DNA of 64,000 nucleotides, taken from assembly GCF_009914755.1 (NCBI RefSeq), contig NC_060944.1, one strand, 5' to 3'. The stretch is from the human T2T-CHM13v2.0 reference genome, Homo sapiens. Under the pieces are notes generated by a model that was given only the letters and a program-made list of their open reading frames with translations, did no database searches and was not told the origin of the DNA. A program made the translations under genes and the position numbers. Below are positions 1 to 10,229 of this stretch, piece after piece (within the stretch, counting starts at the first letter, position 1; every line of letters begins with the position of its first letter).

Positions 1-1186
1 GAGAGAACCTGAGTGGCCCGAGCCATCTTCAGGGCCAGGGCGTGGCTGGGCAGTGCTGGCCTGAAGGGTTTCTGGGCAGGGATGGCCAGAGGTGGGCGGG
101 GCGGTGCAATGCCGTGAGTCGCTGCCACCTTCGCATGAAGGGTAACCCAGCAACCTGAGGGATTTTGTGCTGACTCAGCCCCGCCGTGCACGTCCGACTG
201 CAGAGGCCTCCCGTGCTCTCTGCAGCCCTGCTCCTGCCTTTGATGCCCCCGGGCAGGATGCTGACCTCGGGGTGGCTGGGCTTGGGCCCCAGCAAGGGAG
301 GCTCTTGGACAGGAGCACAGGGCTTTGTGAGGGGCCCTGGCCTTGCCCACTGTCCTTGGCCAACCAGCAGCCTCTGTCCCTGTGAACTGGAGGCATCGCA
401 CCCAGGAAGAGCTGGGCATGGCTTTTGGGAAGGGAAGGCACCCGCAGACAGTATCAGCAGCTCCCAGAGCCTTGTGCTGTCTGCTCCTTCCTGAGGTCCC
501 AGGCCCAGCTGGCCAGAGCTTGGGGCTGGGAGGGCCCTCCCCGGAGGCCCCTGGGTGCCCAGGGAGGACTCTGCCTTTGGGGAGGACTCTGCCTTTAGTG
601 CTCAGAGTCCCCAGCCGGCTCTGACCCCTGGAAGCCCGTCCTGCTGAGTGGGGAGGGGCGGTGACTGCAGCAGAGGAGTGGGGCAGGCTGCTGCCGAGCT
701 GCCGCCTGGGATGCTGCAGAACACCGCAGGAAGCATGCAGGGCTGCGCGTCTCAAGGGCAGGGATCAGAGGGCCACCTCTGGCAGCTCCACCGCTGGCTC
801 CCTTAGATAGAGGGACACAGGGCCGAGGTTCCCGCACAGCGGTCACTGCAAAGGCACTGTGAGCTCGACTGATTCACCCAGGTTTCAGAGGCACCACTAA
901 GCCTCAGGCCAGGTCTGCTCCCTGCATCAGGCGGGCTGCCCCATTGGGGTGCAAGTGTGTGATGCTGAAGGACAGAGATGCTGGGGGGGACACTGGGCCT
1001 CTCAGGCCTCCTGTGTCTACCCCAGGGAGAGAACATGGGAGAAAGAGCCCTGTTTCAGGAGTGCTGGGTGCAGAGGTCACTGGCTGCTCCCTGGCCAGGA
1101 GGTGGTCACCCAGAAGCCTTGGCGGTGGGAGGCTGGGGTCCACTCCTCACAGGGTCGAGCAACTCCTTGGCTGGGACTGGAGGCAG

Positions 1187-1206
1187 GTGTGTGTGTGTGT
1201 GTGTGT
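1187..1206. repeat. (GT)n microsatellite
   Basis: About 10 GT units. Confidence 0.9.
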
Positions 1207-1260
1207 TTGCATGGGCGTGCACGGAGGACGATTTCTGGGATGACTGGGACAATGACCCAG

Positions 1261-1620
1261 AATATTTTTAACAGCGGCAGGAGAGGGGGTAGAAGGCAGC
1301 TGTCCCTGGAACCTGTCCCCGGGGGGCCCCGTGGGGATGTTTTGAGGTTGAAGGACGCCCAGGACAGTTGCACCGTGTGGCGCTTGTTGTCCTGGCAAGC
1401 CGATGCCCTCTGTCATGCCCAGATATGGCTCCAGGGCTGCATGTGTCTCCCCAGCTGCCCGCCCGCCCACCACGCCAGTATAAATAGTCCGCGTTCTCAG
1501 CTGTCCCATGGAGAGGCTGAACTCGGATGACTCTGCCGGAGCTCTAGGAGTGCCCCCGACCCCGCCCACCGCCTAAGTGCCTGAGGCCAGCAGCTGTAGC
1601 GGGACAGAGGCCGGGTGAGG
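1261..1620 (+). promoter_or_regulatory. Candidate intragenic muscle promoter/enhancer
   Basis: MEF2-like ATATTTTTAA 1262-1271; E-boxes at 1297, 1365, 1452, 1498 and 1591; CArG-like CCAGATATGG 1419-1428; GC boxes 1459-1468; GTATAAATAG (TATA/MEF2) 1478-1487; donor CGG|GTGAGG after 1614. Confidence 0.6.
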
Positions 1621-2559
1621 CTCTGGGCTCTTGGGCTCTGCCTCTGTCTCTCCCTCCTCACCTGCCCCCTTGGAGGGTGTCAAGTCCAGGAGGGACCCAG
1701 CTACCTTCTGTCGTCCCTTCCCCAGGGCATGGCGGGGACTTTGCCCACTGAGAGTGAAGAGGGACAAGAATCCCCACCCTGGGAGTGGGTGCAGGGAGCT
1801 GCTTGGTTCCCTGGCCTCGGGCTCAGGCCTGCAGCAGGCGAGACTGTCGCTGGGGTCCCTGCTGCCCCTCCCTCGGGTACCTCCTCACCTGTCCCGGCCC
1901 TCCTCCCACATCAGCTGTAGCAACACACTCCAGAGGCCTTGCAGGCCCGAGCACCAGCTTGCCAGGCCCCTTCCCAGGGGAACTGGCTTTCCCTCCACCC
2001 TTAACTCAAGAAGTGACTCTCTAATGGTAGAATTTCAAACACCTCCAAGGCCTGTGGAGCTGATGCCCTTGAGTGTGGGCAGGAAAGGCCCATCCTGTGT
2101 TCCTCAGACATGGGGTGCTGCACCCCACCTGAGGACTGATGAGGACACGTCCCGCAATGTCTCTGCACACTGGGTGGCCTCACTGAGCCAGAGGGAGGGC
2201 AGGGAACACCGGCAGAATCGAGAGCCCGACACACACTTGTGCGTGGAGCTGGGGCCTTCCTTGTTGTCCCAAGGCCTGCGGTGGCCACATGGATGCCCCT
2301 GTCATTTCATCTGTGGCCATCCCTGAGGTCCTGGCTTAGGGATCTGTTTCTGCAGGTGGGCAGGAGCGGTGGGCAGGTGCCCTCCCACCCACAGGAGGGG
2401 GCTCCAATCAGACTCTGTGCACCAAATGGCTTTTCCTTATCCTGGGACACGTGGCCGTTCATTTGTCCCCGAGCTGCCAAGCCCTCTCTCTTGACCTCGG
2501 GTCTCTCTGATCCTGTTCTCAGCCAACAGCCTTCTTCAAATTAAACCAGCTTTTACCGC

Positions 2560-3190
2560 GGCCCTATTTTTGAGATCATAAGACACAAAAGTCTATCTTG
2601 CCATTTTTGCAAAGAACAGCTAAATAATCATGTGTCCCCTCCCGCCCTGCCTCCCCCCAGCCTGCCCCCTGCTCTGTGGGTCTATTTGAGGCGAAATTTA
2701 TCTCTAGGAAGGGACCCATCAATTTGCCTTGCTCTTTTGTTGACAAGTTTATTAAAAACCCGGGCAACTCTGTATTAAACTTTTATCAGTGTTGAGAAAT
2801 AATACATTTCTTTTTTTGAATAGATAGAAAAGTTATGGATTTGGGCTGAGCGGGTCTTGTTCAGCATTTGGCTGAGTCAGCGTTGCTGATGATAAGAAAC
2901 AAGCCGTTTTGGGGTGCAGGGTTTCCTCTTGCCTTTTAATTAGGGGTCTCTCTGCAGACTGCCCTGTGAGAGCCAGAACCCCAAAGGCTCCTGCAGAAAC
3001 CCCAACGGGGGCTGCCCACACACACCAGGCTCACTGTAATTCTTTGCTATCTATTTTAATAATTAACCAAAATCTGGAATTAAAATTTAATTCAGTGGTG
3101 AATCTGAGTGCTAATAGGTAATGGTGCTGCATGGAGAAATATTAGGTTATTGACATTTAAATTTTAAAAGCTTCATAGTAAGAAACAAAA
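2560..3190. promoter_or_regulatory. AT-rich non-repetitive island with clustered GATA sites; candidate cardiac enhancer
   Basis: WGATAR at 2593, 2698, 2783, 2822, 2890 and 3047; AP-1 TGAGTCA at 2873; imperfect MEF2-like sites at 2564, 2620 and 3051. Confidence 0.5.
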
Positions 3191-6100
3191 AAAGCATCCA
3201 GATGGGAGTTAGCAATGTCCTCCCCTGGTGGGAGGGGAGGGGCCCCTGTCCTGCCCTGCTGTGAGTGCGACTGGGGTTGAGGGGGGAGGAGGGGAGGGGC
3301 CCCTGTCCTGCCCCCCGGTGAGTGCCTGAGATTGTGGGGGAGAAGGAGAGGGGCCACCCTTGCCTTCGTCTTGGGTCCCTGAGTCTCTGTGGGGGCTTTG
3401 GCAGGGGCAGGGCTGTGCTCTGCAGTCTCTGAGGGCAGTGTCTTTGCTGCGGGTGTGACCTGGTGTTGGTTGTCCTTGAGGGGAAGTCGTTTGGTGCCGC
3501 ATCTTCACCAAGGACGCTGGTTGTAGTGTCCCCTGTGCTGGGGCAAGAGACACCTTCCCCTGGGGGTCCTGTGTGGTTTCTGCCCAAAATGGCCACCGTT
3601 CCCCGAGGTCCTGGGTGAGGGCTTTTGGGTGCAGCAGGAGGGACTGTTGGCTTCCACCGCCCTTGAGGGGCAAGTGCCCAGGGACCCCGGGCCAAGCTCA
3701 GACCCGGCCATGGCATGACCAAGATTCAGGCCACACGGGGCTGGTGCTTACACATGGTCATTCACACTCCCACATGGAGGACCTGAGGCGCAGAGGGGCT
3801 GCAGAAGTCCCCAAGAACCCCTGGCTAGGTGTGTGGCACTCTGTGCCCGGGGTCCCCCTCTGCCCCACCAGATGTCGACCTGGGGACGGCTGCGGCTGCA
3901 GGGGAGGGCCCGGCGGTGCGTTTCACACTTGCTCCTACTTCCGCCTTCCAGGGCTGTGGGGCTGCCTCCCCTCTAGGGTCCAGCGCAGGGGCTGGGGCCC
4001 TACCAAAGGTAGGAGGGGCTTCCGGGATAAGATGGCAGGCGTGGCTCTGGCCCTCCTGCTCCCCTGTGTCCTCACCCCTCGGGGGTCCGTGGGTGAGGCT
4101 GCTGCAGCCGTGAGTCTCAGTGACACTTCCTACCAGGTCTTTATCTACACCACTATTTGCTCCAATTATAACTAATTGGACACGTACCGTATCTTCATGG
4201 CATCTAATTTTGTATTGATTTTAACAGGGCTGCCGGTGCTTTCGGCAGAGATTGCCTGCAACTAGTATCCGTCGCTGCTTAAAAATGCTGAGTGTACTTC
4301 CCTGTGTGGGACAACTCCATCAGCAGATGTTTTAAAACCTGTTTAATTGTTTGGTTCATAAAGTGCACTAGCGGTAGGAGCTGCAGCCTTGTTCTCTGTA
4401 GCACTGGAGTCAAGAGAGGGGCAGGAGGACCCAGAGTGGGTTTTCCGGAGAATCCACATCCCAGGCTCCAACCCCAGTTCTGCTGTCCTGGTGAACGGTA
4501 AAGTCACCAGAAACGCCTGGGCCACCTCTCTGCCAGGTCTGGGCACCCAGCCGGGGACACAGAGGGGACCAGCCAGGAGCTGCCCCTCCCTTGGCGAGCT
4601 TGCCTTTACTCGGGGGGCGCAGGGACTCCTCACTCGATGAGGAAACCACAGTGGCAGCTGGCCCCAGAGAAGGCCAGGCAGGGCTGGCCCTCCCCTACCC
4701 GGAGGCTGCTGGAGCCCTCGGGGCCCGGGGATCTGAGGCCCCAGGAGCTAGGGGTGGTCGCTGTGGTGAGGGGATGGGTCTTGGCAGGAAGGCAGCCCAT
4801 GCCTGGGAGGCGGGAGGCAGCACAGCTCAGTTTGGGGAAGGCAAGCTCCAAGGCCGGAGAGCGTGGGGTGCGGGGGTCTAGGAAGGGTGAGCTCTGTGAA
4901 GCACCTGACCTTTGAGCCATGGGGCCCTTGGGGAGGTTTTGGGGCTTGTGGGGTGTTGGTTTCTTGGCCTTTTTAGAGAGAAAAGAAAAAAATACTTACA
5001 AGGAAGTTGAGGAGCCTCAGGGACCTCCCTTGTCAGCCCTCGCCCCATGCTGGTGAGACCCCAGGGTTCAGAGGGGAAGGGGCTAGAGGATCTGCCAGTG
5101 AGTGGGAGCTGCTGCCTGAGGGAGCAGAGCAGAACAGGGGGGTGCCCGGGTCCACAGGGGTCCCCGACGTCCTGCCCGAAGGATGGACCTAGTTCCGGCA
5201 CGTCCCAAGAACACGAATTGTGGGCCTGTTCCTTCACATTTGCAAGAAAAGGTGTTGATCACACCCTTGGCAAAGAATGACTGGGAACCTCCCTAAGCCA
5301 GGCCACATTGGGGTGAGGGTACCTGGAGGCTGGCTGCCACCTCATGGGGCAGCATGAAGAGAGAAGGGCCTGGGCCCCGGGGCAGGGGACGCTGCTGTGA
5401 GCCCCAGTGTCCTCCTGAGGGGCAGCACAGGACTGGCCTTGAGGTACAGTGGGGTGTATGGGAGAAGACGGTGGCTGTCGGTGCTCAGGGCCGCACCTGG
5501 CACTTGGCCGCTCGGTGTCTATTCACAGCTCACGCCCACCACCGTGGCGGCTGCAACGCCAAGCTTGATGCCTCATCCAAGGCCGCAGTGGCCTCCCCGT
5601 GGGGGTTTTGCAGCCTGCCCCAGTGCTCTGCTGCCTTTCGGGTGAAATGACCAGTTTGTTTGCTATGTTGATTGGCAAATGCCAGACCTCCCAGCTCCTG
5701 ATGGGATAGAATCGCGGCTGGGACTCGAATCCCCGGCTTGATCTTGTCAAATCTTCTGCTCCATTAGGAATATTGACAGGCGATAAATGGACAAGTGTGT
5801 GCCGGCTTCGAGGTCTTTGAGCCGTCCTCACTCCAGGGCCAGGGAGGGGTGGACTCTGGGAGCCTTGAGGTCTGCCCTGCACCCTCTGTGCTACTGGAGT
5901 AAGGAGGAGAGAGGTTTGCAGAGTGTGGGCTGATGGCCCGGAAGCCTCTCTGTTTTGGGGCGCGAGGCTGAGAAGGCTGGGGCCCAGCCCCGACTTATAG
6001 GGGACTTTGAGGAGGTGGTCCTCCTACACGGCACAGATCTTTCTGGAGGGCACCGTGGCAGGGACAGTCAGGGAAGGCAGCTACGGACGGGTCAGAGCAG

Positions 6101-7216
6101 GCCTGGCAGAGGCTGGGGTGGGGGGTCGTCCAGCTCAGTCACTCCCAGAGGGGACTTGGAGGGTGGGCATGGTGCTGTGCGACCGTCCCTTTTGCCTGAG
6201 GGGCCTGAGCTTCTGTCCCTGCAATGTCAGGAGGGGGACAGAAAGGCCAGAGGACAGGCAGGCAGGGCAGCCCCAGGTGTGCAACGGGCAGGCAGGTGGC
6301 ACAGGCCCTAGTGCGCAGCGCCCACTCTGCCAACCTGGTGGGCGAGGAGCAGGTGCGTTCACCTGTGCTGCCCAGGACGGCCTGTGCTCCCGGATAGAAG
6401 CTCACACACATGGGTGCCACATCCCCAGCACTGCCGGAGACACTCTCCCTCACCTGTCACGGCTCCTGATGAACGGGGGCTGCAGGGAGACTCATTTTAT
6501 AAAAGGGAACTTGCTCTCAAGGCACTGAAGGTGACATTGGTGTGGGGGACGCGGGAGCCAGGCAAGAGTGATGTCACGTTCGGACCTCCGTCCTGACACT
6601 CCATCCTCACAGTTCCCTTGGGCATGGAAATGCCCCTCAGCAAGATGCGGGCAGGGCTGCAGGTCTGGGGCATGGGGCCCAGGGTCAGGCCACGAAGGCC
6701 CCCTCAGGCTGTCCTCCCACCACCATGCAATGTGGACGTCCCTGGAATCTTCCCGTCCTGCCTACCCAGAGATACCATGTGGTGTCAGAGTCCATCCCGT
6801 CCCACCCAGGCCATGGCAAGCCAGGCAGGACGGGGTCCTGGGTGGGCTGCCCCATGGTTAGCCAGGGCCCAAGGCTCACTGGGAGGTCTGTCCTGCCTCT
6901 GCTCCAGCTATGAGCATGGTCTGGGAGGAGTTTGCAGGGGAATAAGGGCCTCAAACCTGCAAGATCACTGTGCCCACAGATGTGAGCCCCCTGGGGCGGG
7001 GCCCGATGGTCTGAGCTGTATCCCACAGCTGAGGCTAGTGCTGGGGGCAGTGGGCACTTGGTGAAGCGAGGGCTGTGGAGGAATCGGGCGGTGACAGGCA
7101 GAGAGCAGTGAGTGTCAGTTCCAGAGCATGGAGGCCGCCTGGCACCCCCGACCCTCCCCAGACCCCTGCGGGTCCCCGATGGGGGAGCCCGGGCAGAGCG
7201 AGAGGGTGGTGAGTTG

Positions 7217-7265
7217 CGTGTGAGCGGGTGTGTGTGTCTGTGTATGTCTGAGTGTGTGTGTGTGT
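7217..7265. repeat. Imperfect TG-rich microsatellite
   Basis: Interrupted (TG)n about 170 bp upstream of the miRNA hairpin. Confidence 0.8.
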
Positions 7266-7436
7266 TGGGGCGTGTGGCCCTTCACACCAGTCCCTGCAGA
7301 GCTTGAGGGAAACTCCACGGGGTGGGGGCCCTCCGGGAGTTGGGGTAAGGGCCTGATGCTGGCCGCGAAGCCCCATCTCCATCGGGACTGCTTGGTGGAG
7401 CCGCCTTCTTCACCGACGTCGCTGTTCCTCGGATCT

Positions 7437-7538
7437 GGGAGCCAAATGCTTTGCTAGAGCTGGTAAAATGGAACCAAATCGACTGTCCAATGGATTTGGT
7501 CCCCTTCAACCAGCTGTAGCTGTGCATTGATGGCGCCG
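7437..7538 (+). ncRNA. MIR133A2: microRNA miR-133a-2 stem-loop (5p arm 7458-7479, mature 3p 7495-7516)
   Basis: Contains AGCTGGTAAAATGGAACCAAAT (miR-133a-5p) and TTTGGTCCCCTTCAACCAGCTG (miR-133a-3p) as complementary arms. The loop CGACTGTCCAATGGA and flanks GGGAGCCAAATGC...GCATTGATGGCGCCG match the miR-133a-2 paralog. CNNC motif (CGCC) at 7534-7537. Confidence 0.99.
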
Positions 7539-7625
7539 TGCGGCCCGGCCGCAGGTCCCGCAGCCGTGGAGAGGACCCAGCAGGTGGCGCGGGGAGAGCC
7601 CGGCTCGGCACGTGGTCAGCTCCAA
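7514..7625 (+). CDS. MIR1-1HG: Internal exon of the putative C20orf166 ORF: (S)CSCALMAPCGPAAGPAAVERTQQVARGEPGSARGQLQ; coding status doubtful
   Basis: 112-nt exon (1 nt plus 37 codons) with no stop, bounded by AG and GTAAGT, in frame with the terminal exon. Matches my recollection of the 117-aa C20orf166 sequence. Confidence 0.45.
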
Positions 7626-10008
7626 GTAAGTGAAGCCCTGAGTGCCGCCCCCGCCCCCGGAACACTTCAGTGCAGAGCCCGAGACCCTTCCCCCTGAAAG
7701 TGGGTGGCTGAGGAACGGGGTCATCCCCACAGCTGGGTGCTCCTGCTTGTTCCTCCTTGCCAGGGCACCATGAAACCAATGTTCATTGCTCACACAAGAG
7801 CTTTGCTTGAAAATGTGGGCTTAGGAGCTGGGCCCTGTGGGTTGGGCCTGCCGGGGGCCTGGGCTGGCCCCGCCCTGTCCTCTTCCCAAGGACCCTTCTT
7901 CGATTTCTCCTTTAAAATGGCCTGGACTCTAAGGCACCTCCAGGGACCCACAGGGGTGAGCACGGATGCTGCGCTGGTGACCTGTGGGGGTCTGTGTCCT
8001 CAGTGGGGAGGCCTGGGCCGGTGGCATCTCTCCAGATGGCCTGAGGGGTGCTGGGCCTGGCAGGGAGACTACCAAACAGGAGCCCCTCAGCATGGCCCGT
8101 GGCTGGGGAGGTGCCTGTGAAGGTTGCTGGGGCCCCCAGGGGCTCCCCATCTCCCCACCCTCTTGCGGGAGGCAGTGACGCCCATGTGCAGGGAAGCTGG
8201 GCCATCAACGGGCACAGCTGCAGTGAGCAGAGATCTGCAAGGGGGTCTGCAGGCCAGGTGGCACCCAGGACCCATTGTGGGGGTCCCCGACCATGTGCCC
8301 TTCCCTTGGCAGGGGCTGGCATGAAGGGGCTCAGGCTGCTGGGCGCCAGCAGATTGGAGGCCTGGGCAGGCACGGGGGCTCCTGCTGGGCATCTCTAGGC
8401 CTGGGGTTCCAGGGCCTGTCAGGAGTGACCCCTGACTTCTGCCCAGAGTTGCAGACGTGGGGCCTCCCCTCAGGGGCCACCAGCTGCCGGCCCCAGGGCA
8501 GGTGAGGCGAGGGTCAGGACCCTGGGAGGGATGAGCAGAGGGAAGGGGCATGGTAGGCAGAAGGGCAGACACCCCCTGGACTGATGGACGGATAGAAGAC
8601 CAGGTCTGAAGACAGTGGCCCTGGCTCAGGAAGCCACGGCTCCCTCCTCACACCCTGCCCAGCTTTAGTGCCTCTAATTCCTAGGGTCAGCTTAACCCTA
8701 ACCTTGGCACCGTGTTACCACCCCTCTTCACACAGAGTCGCTATGTCCCCAGATAGTGGGAGTGGCCGAGAGGCTGGGGTAGTGGACGGCAGCCCAGTCT
8801 TCAGCACAGGGCTGGGGCTGGAGTTTGAAGACCAGAGTGTGCGGGATCCATGGGCTCTGCTCCCGAAGGGCTGCATGGCCTCAGCCTTTATTCAAGCCTC
8901 TCTGAGTGGAGGGCAGAGTGGTCAGCCCCTGCTGGGGGTCCTGGCCAGGCGCCGCCTCCTGGGAGCCTCCGGGGGCTTCCACTGCTGAGCCCTTTACAGG
9001 GGGCAGCCGGATGGCCTGGGTGTGGCCGTGCCTTTCAGGGTGGCCTGACCCCAACCCCACCAACCCCAAGCTGTGTGGTGCCGGGGTCTCCTGCCAGGGA
9101 CATCTGTCCATTGGGTGAGGCCTGGTCCTGTCCTGGAGGGGAGACTTTGGACATCCACGCAGCCGAGGACCTGGTCGGCCTGCCCTCAACCTTCCCTCCT
9201 ACCTGGAGGGCGGTGAGGTGGCTGGGGTGCAACAGCTTGAGGTCCTCTGTCAAATACATCACCCGGGTGAGGACTCAGGGAACCACTCCCGGGCCTGTGG
9301 GAGGGATTTGTGCAAACATCATGCCAAGAACAGTGTCTGTTGTTGACCCAGCACCCGCCAGGGAAGGCTGGAGCCACTGGAGTCCCTTCCAGTGCAGCCT
9401 GGGGTTCCTGTTGGTCACCACGCCGGCCGTGAACAGGGACGCCTGCTCCGTGTTGCCCGCCTGGCCCTTCCTCGCCACCCACGGCCCCGCCAGCCCGACC
9501 CTCTGGCACTGACACCTGCTGAGGGCAGTGATGCAGCTGCAGAAAGCCCACAGCTGTGTGGGAGCTGCCCTGCCAGGCAGGGCCTCGGGGTACCGAGGAG
9601 GGTGGCAGGAACGGAGGGGAATGAAGGCTCCGTCCCAGCCAGCCGAGAGCCAGGGCCTCCTGCTCCCGGCCTCCCGTCTCTCCTGTAAATTAAAGGATGA
9701 GATGAGGCTAAGACCATCTCCGGTGCTCCACCATGGTCAGGACATCAGCTCCAGATGACTGTAGGACACTGTGGCTGTTTCCTGGCCTACCCACCCGGGG
9801 CATCTTCATGGGGTCCCCAGTAAAAACCACTGCACCCGCCTTGCCATCCCCAGGACGGGGCCTCGTCCACTGAAATCACAGTGCAGCCCGGCACAAGGCC
9901 ACGCACAGTGTGGACAGACAGGGCATGTGGATGGAGATGAGGGAACACTTGGAAGCAGCCCCCATGCCTGGCGGGCCAAGCACGAGGGGCCACACGGGCG
10001 CTGACCCT

Positions 10009-10229
10009 AAGCAGCCCCAGGCAATGCATGACCGCGGCCGGGTGTCCCAGTGAAACTTTATTGGCGGACGCGGGAATTTGAATACGTATCATTTTCATGG
10101 GTCACAAAATGGGTCTTTTGATTTTTTCCTCCTAGTCGTTAAAAAGGTGAACGCTGTCCTGAGCTCTCGGGGCTGTCTGAAAGCAGGTGGCAGGGGGGAT
10201 TTGGCCCTGGTTGCAGCTGCCACCTCCAG
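10009..10229 (+). mobile_element. MER58B-like hAT-Charlie DNA transposon relic
   Basis: AAACTTTATT...GAATTTGAAT...CTTTTGATTTTTT...GGATTTGGCCC is collinear with the recalled MER58B consensus. Confidence 0.7.

Larger units (their letters stand above)
7360..7690. promoter_or_regulatory. CpG-rich patch over miR-133a-2 and the adjacent exon, including a CTCF core at 7577-7590
   Basis: Dense CG dinucleotides. CCAGCAGGTGGCGC fits the CTCF consensus CCASYAGRKGGCRS at every position. Confidence 0.6.

Noticed and set aside
1508-1576. 22-aa ORF MERLNSDDSAGALGVPPTPPTA after the TATA box
   Set aside because: Its ATG coincides with the predicted TSS, leaving no leader; no other support.
1-7436. miR-1-1 hairpin
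   Set aside because: I did not find TGGAATGTAAAGAAGTATGTAT; miR-1-1 lies upstream of the window.
8850-9551. Overlapping 100-220 aa ORFs in unique sequence
   Set aside because: Intronic, no recognisable domain, Pro/Gly/Ala/Arg-rich as expected for GC-rich non-coding DNA; the same applies to most ORFs in the track.
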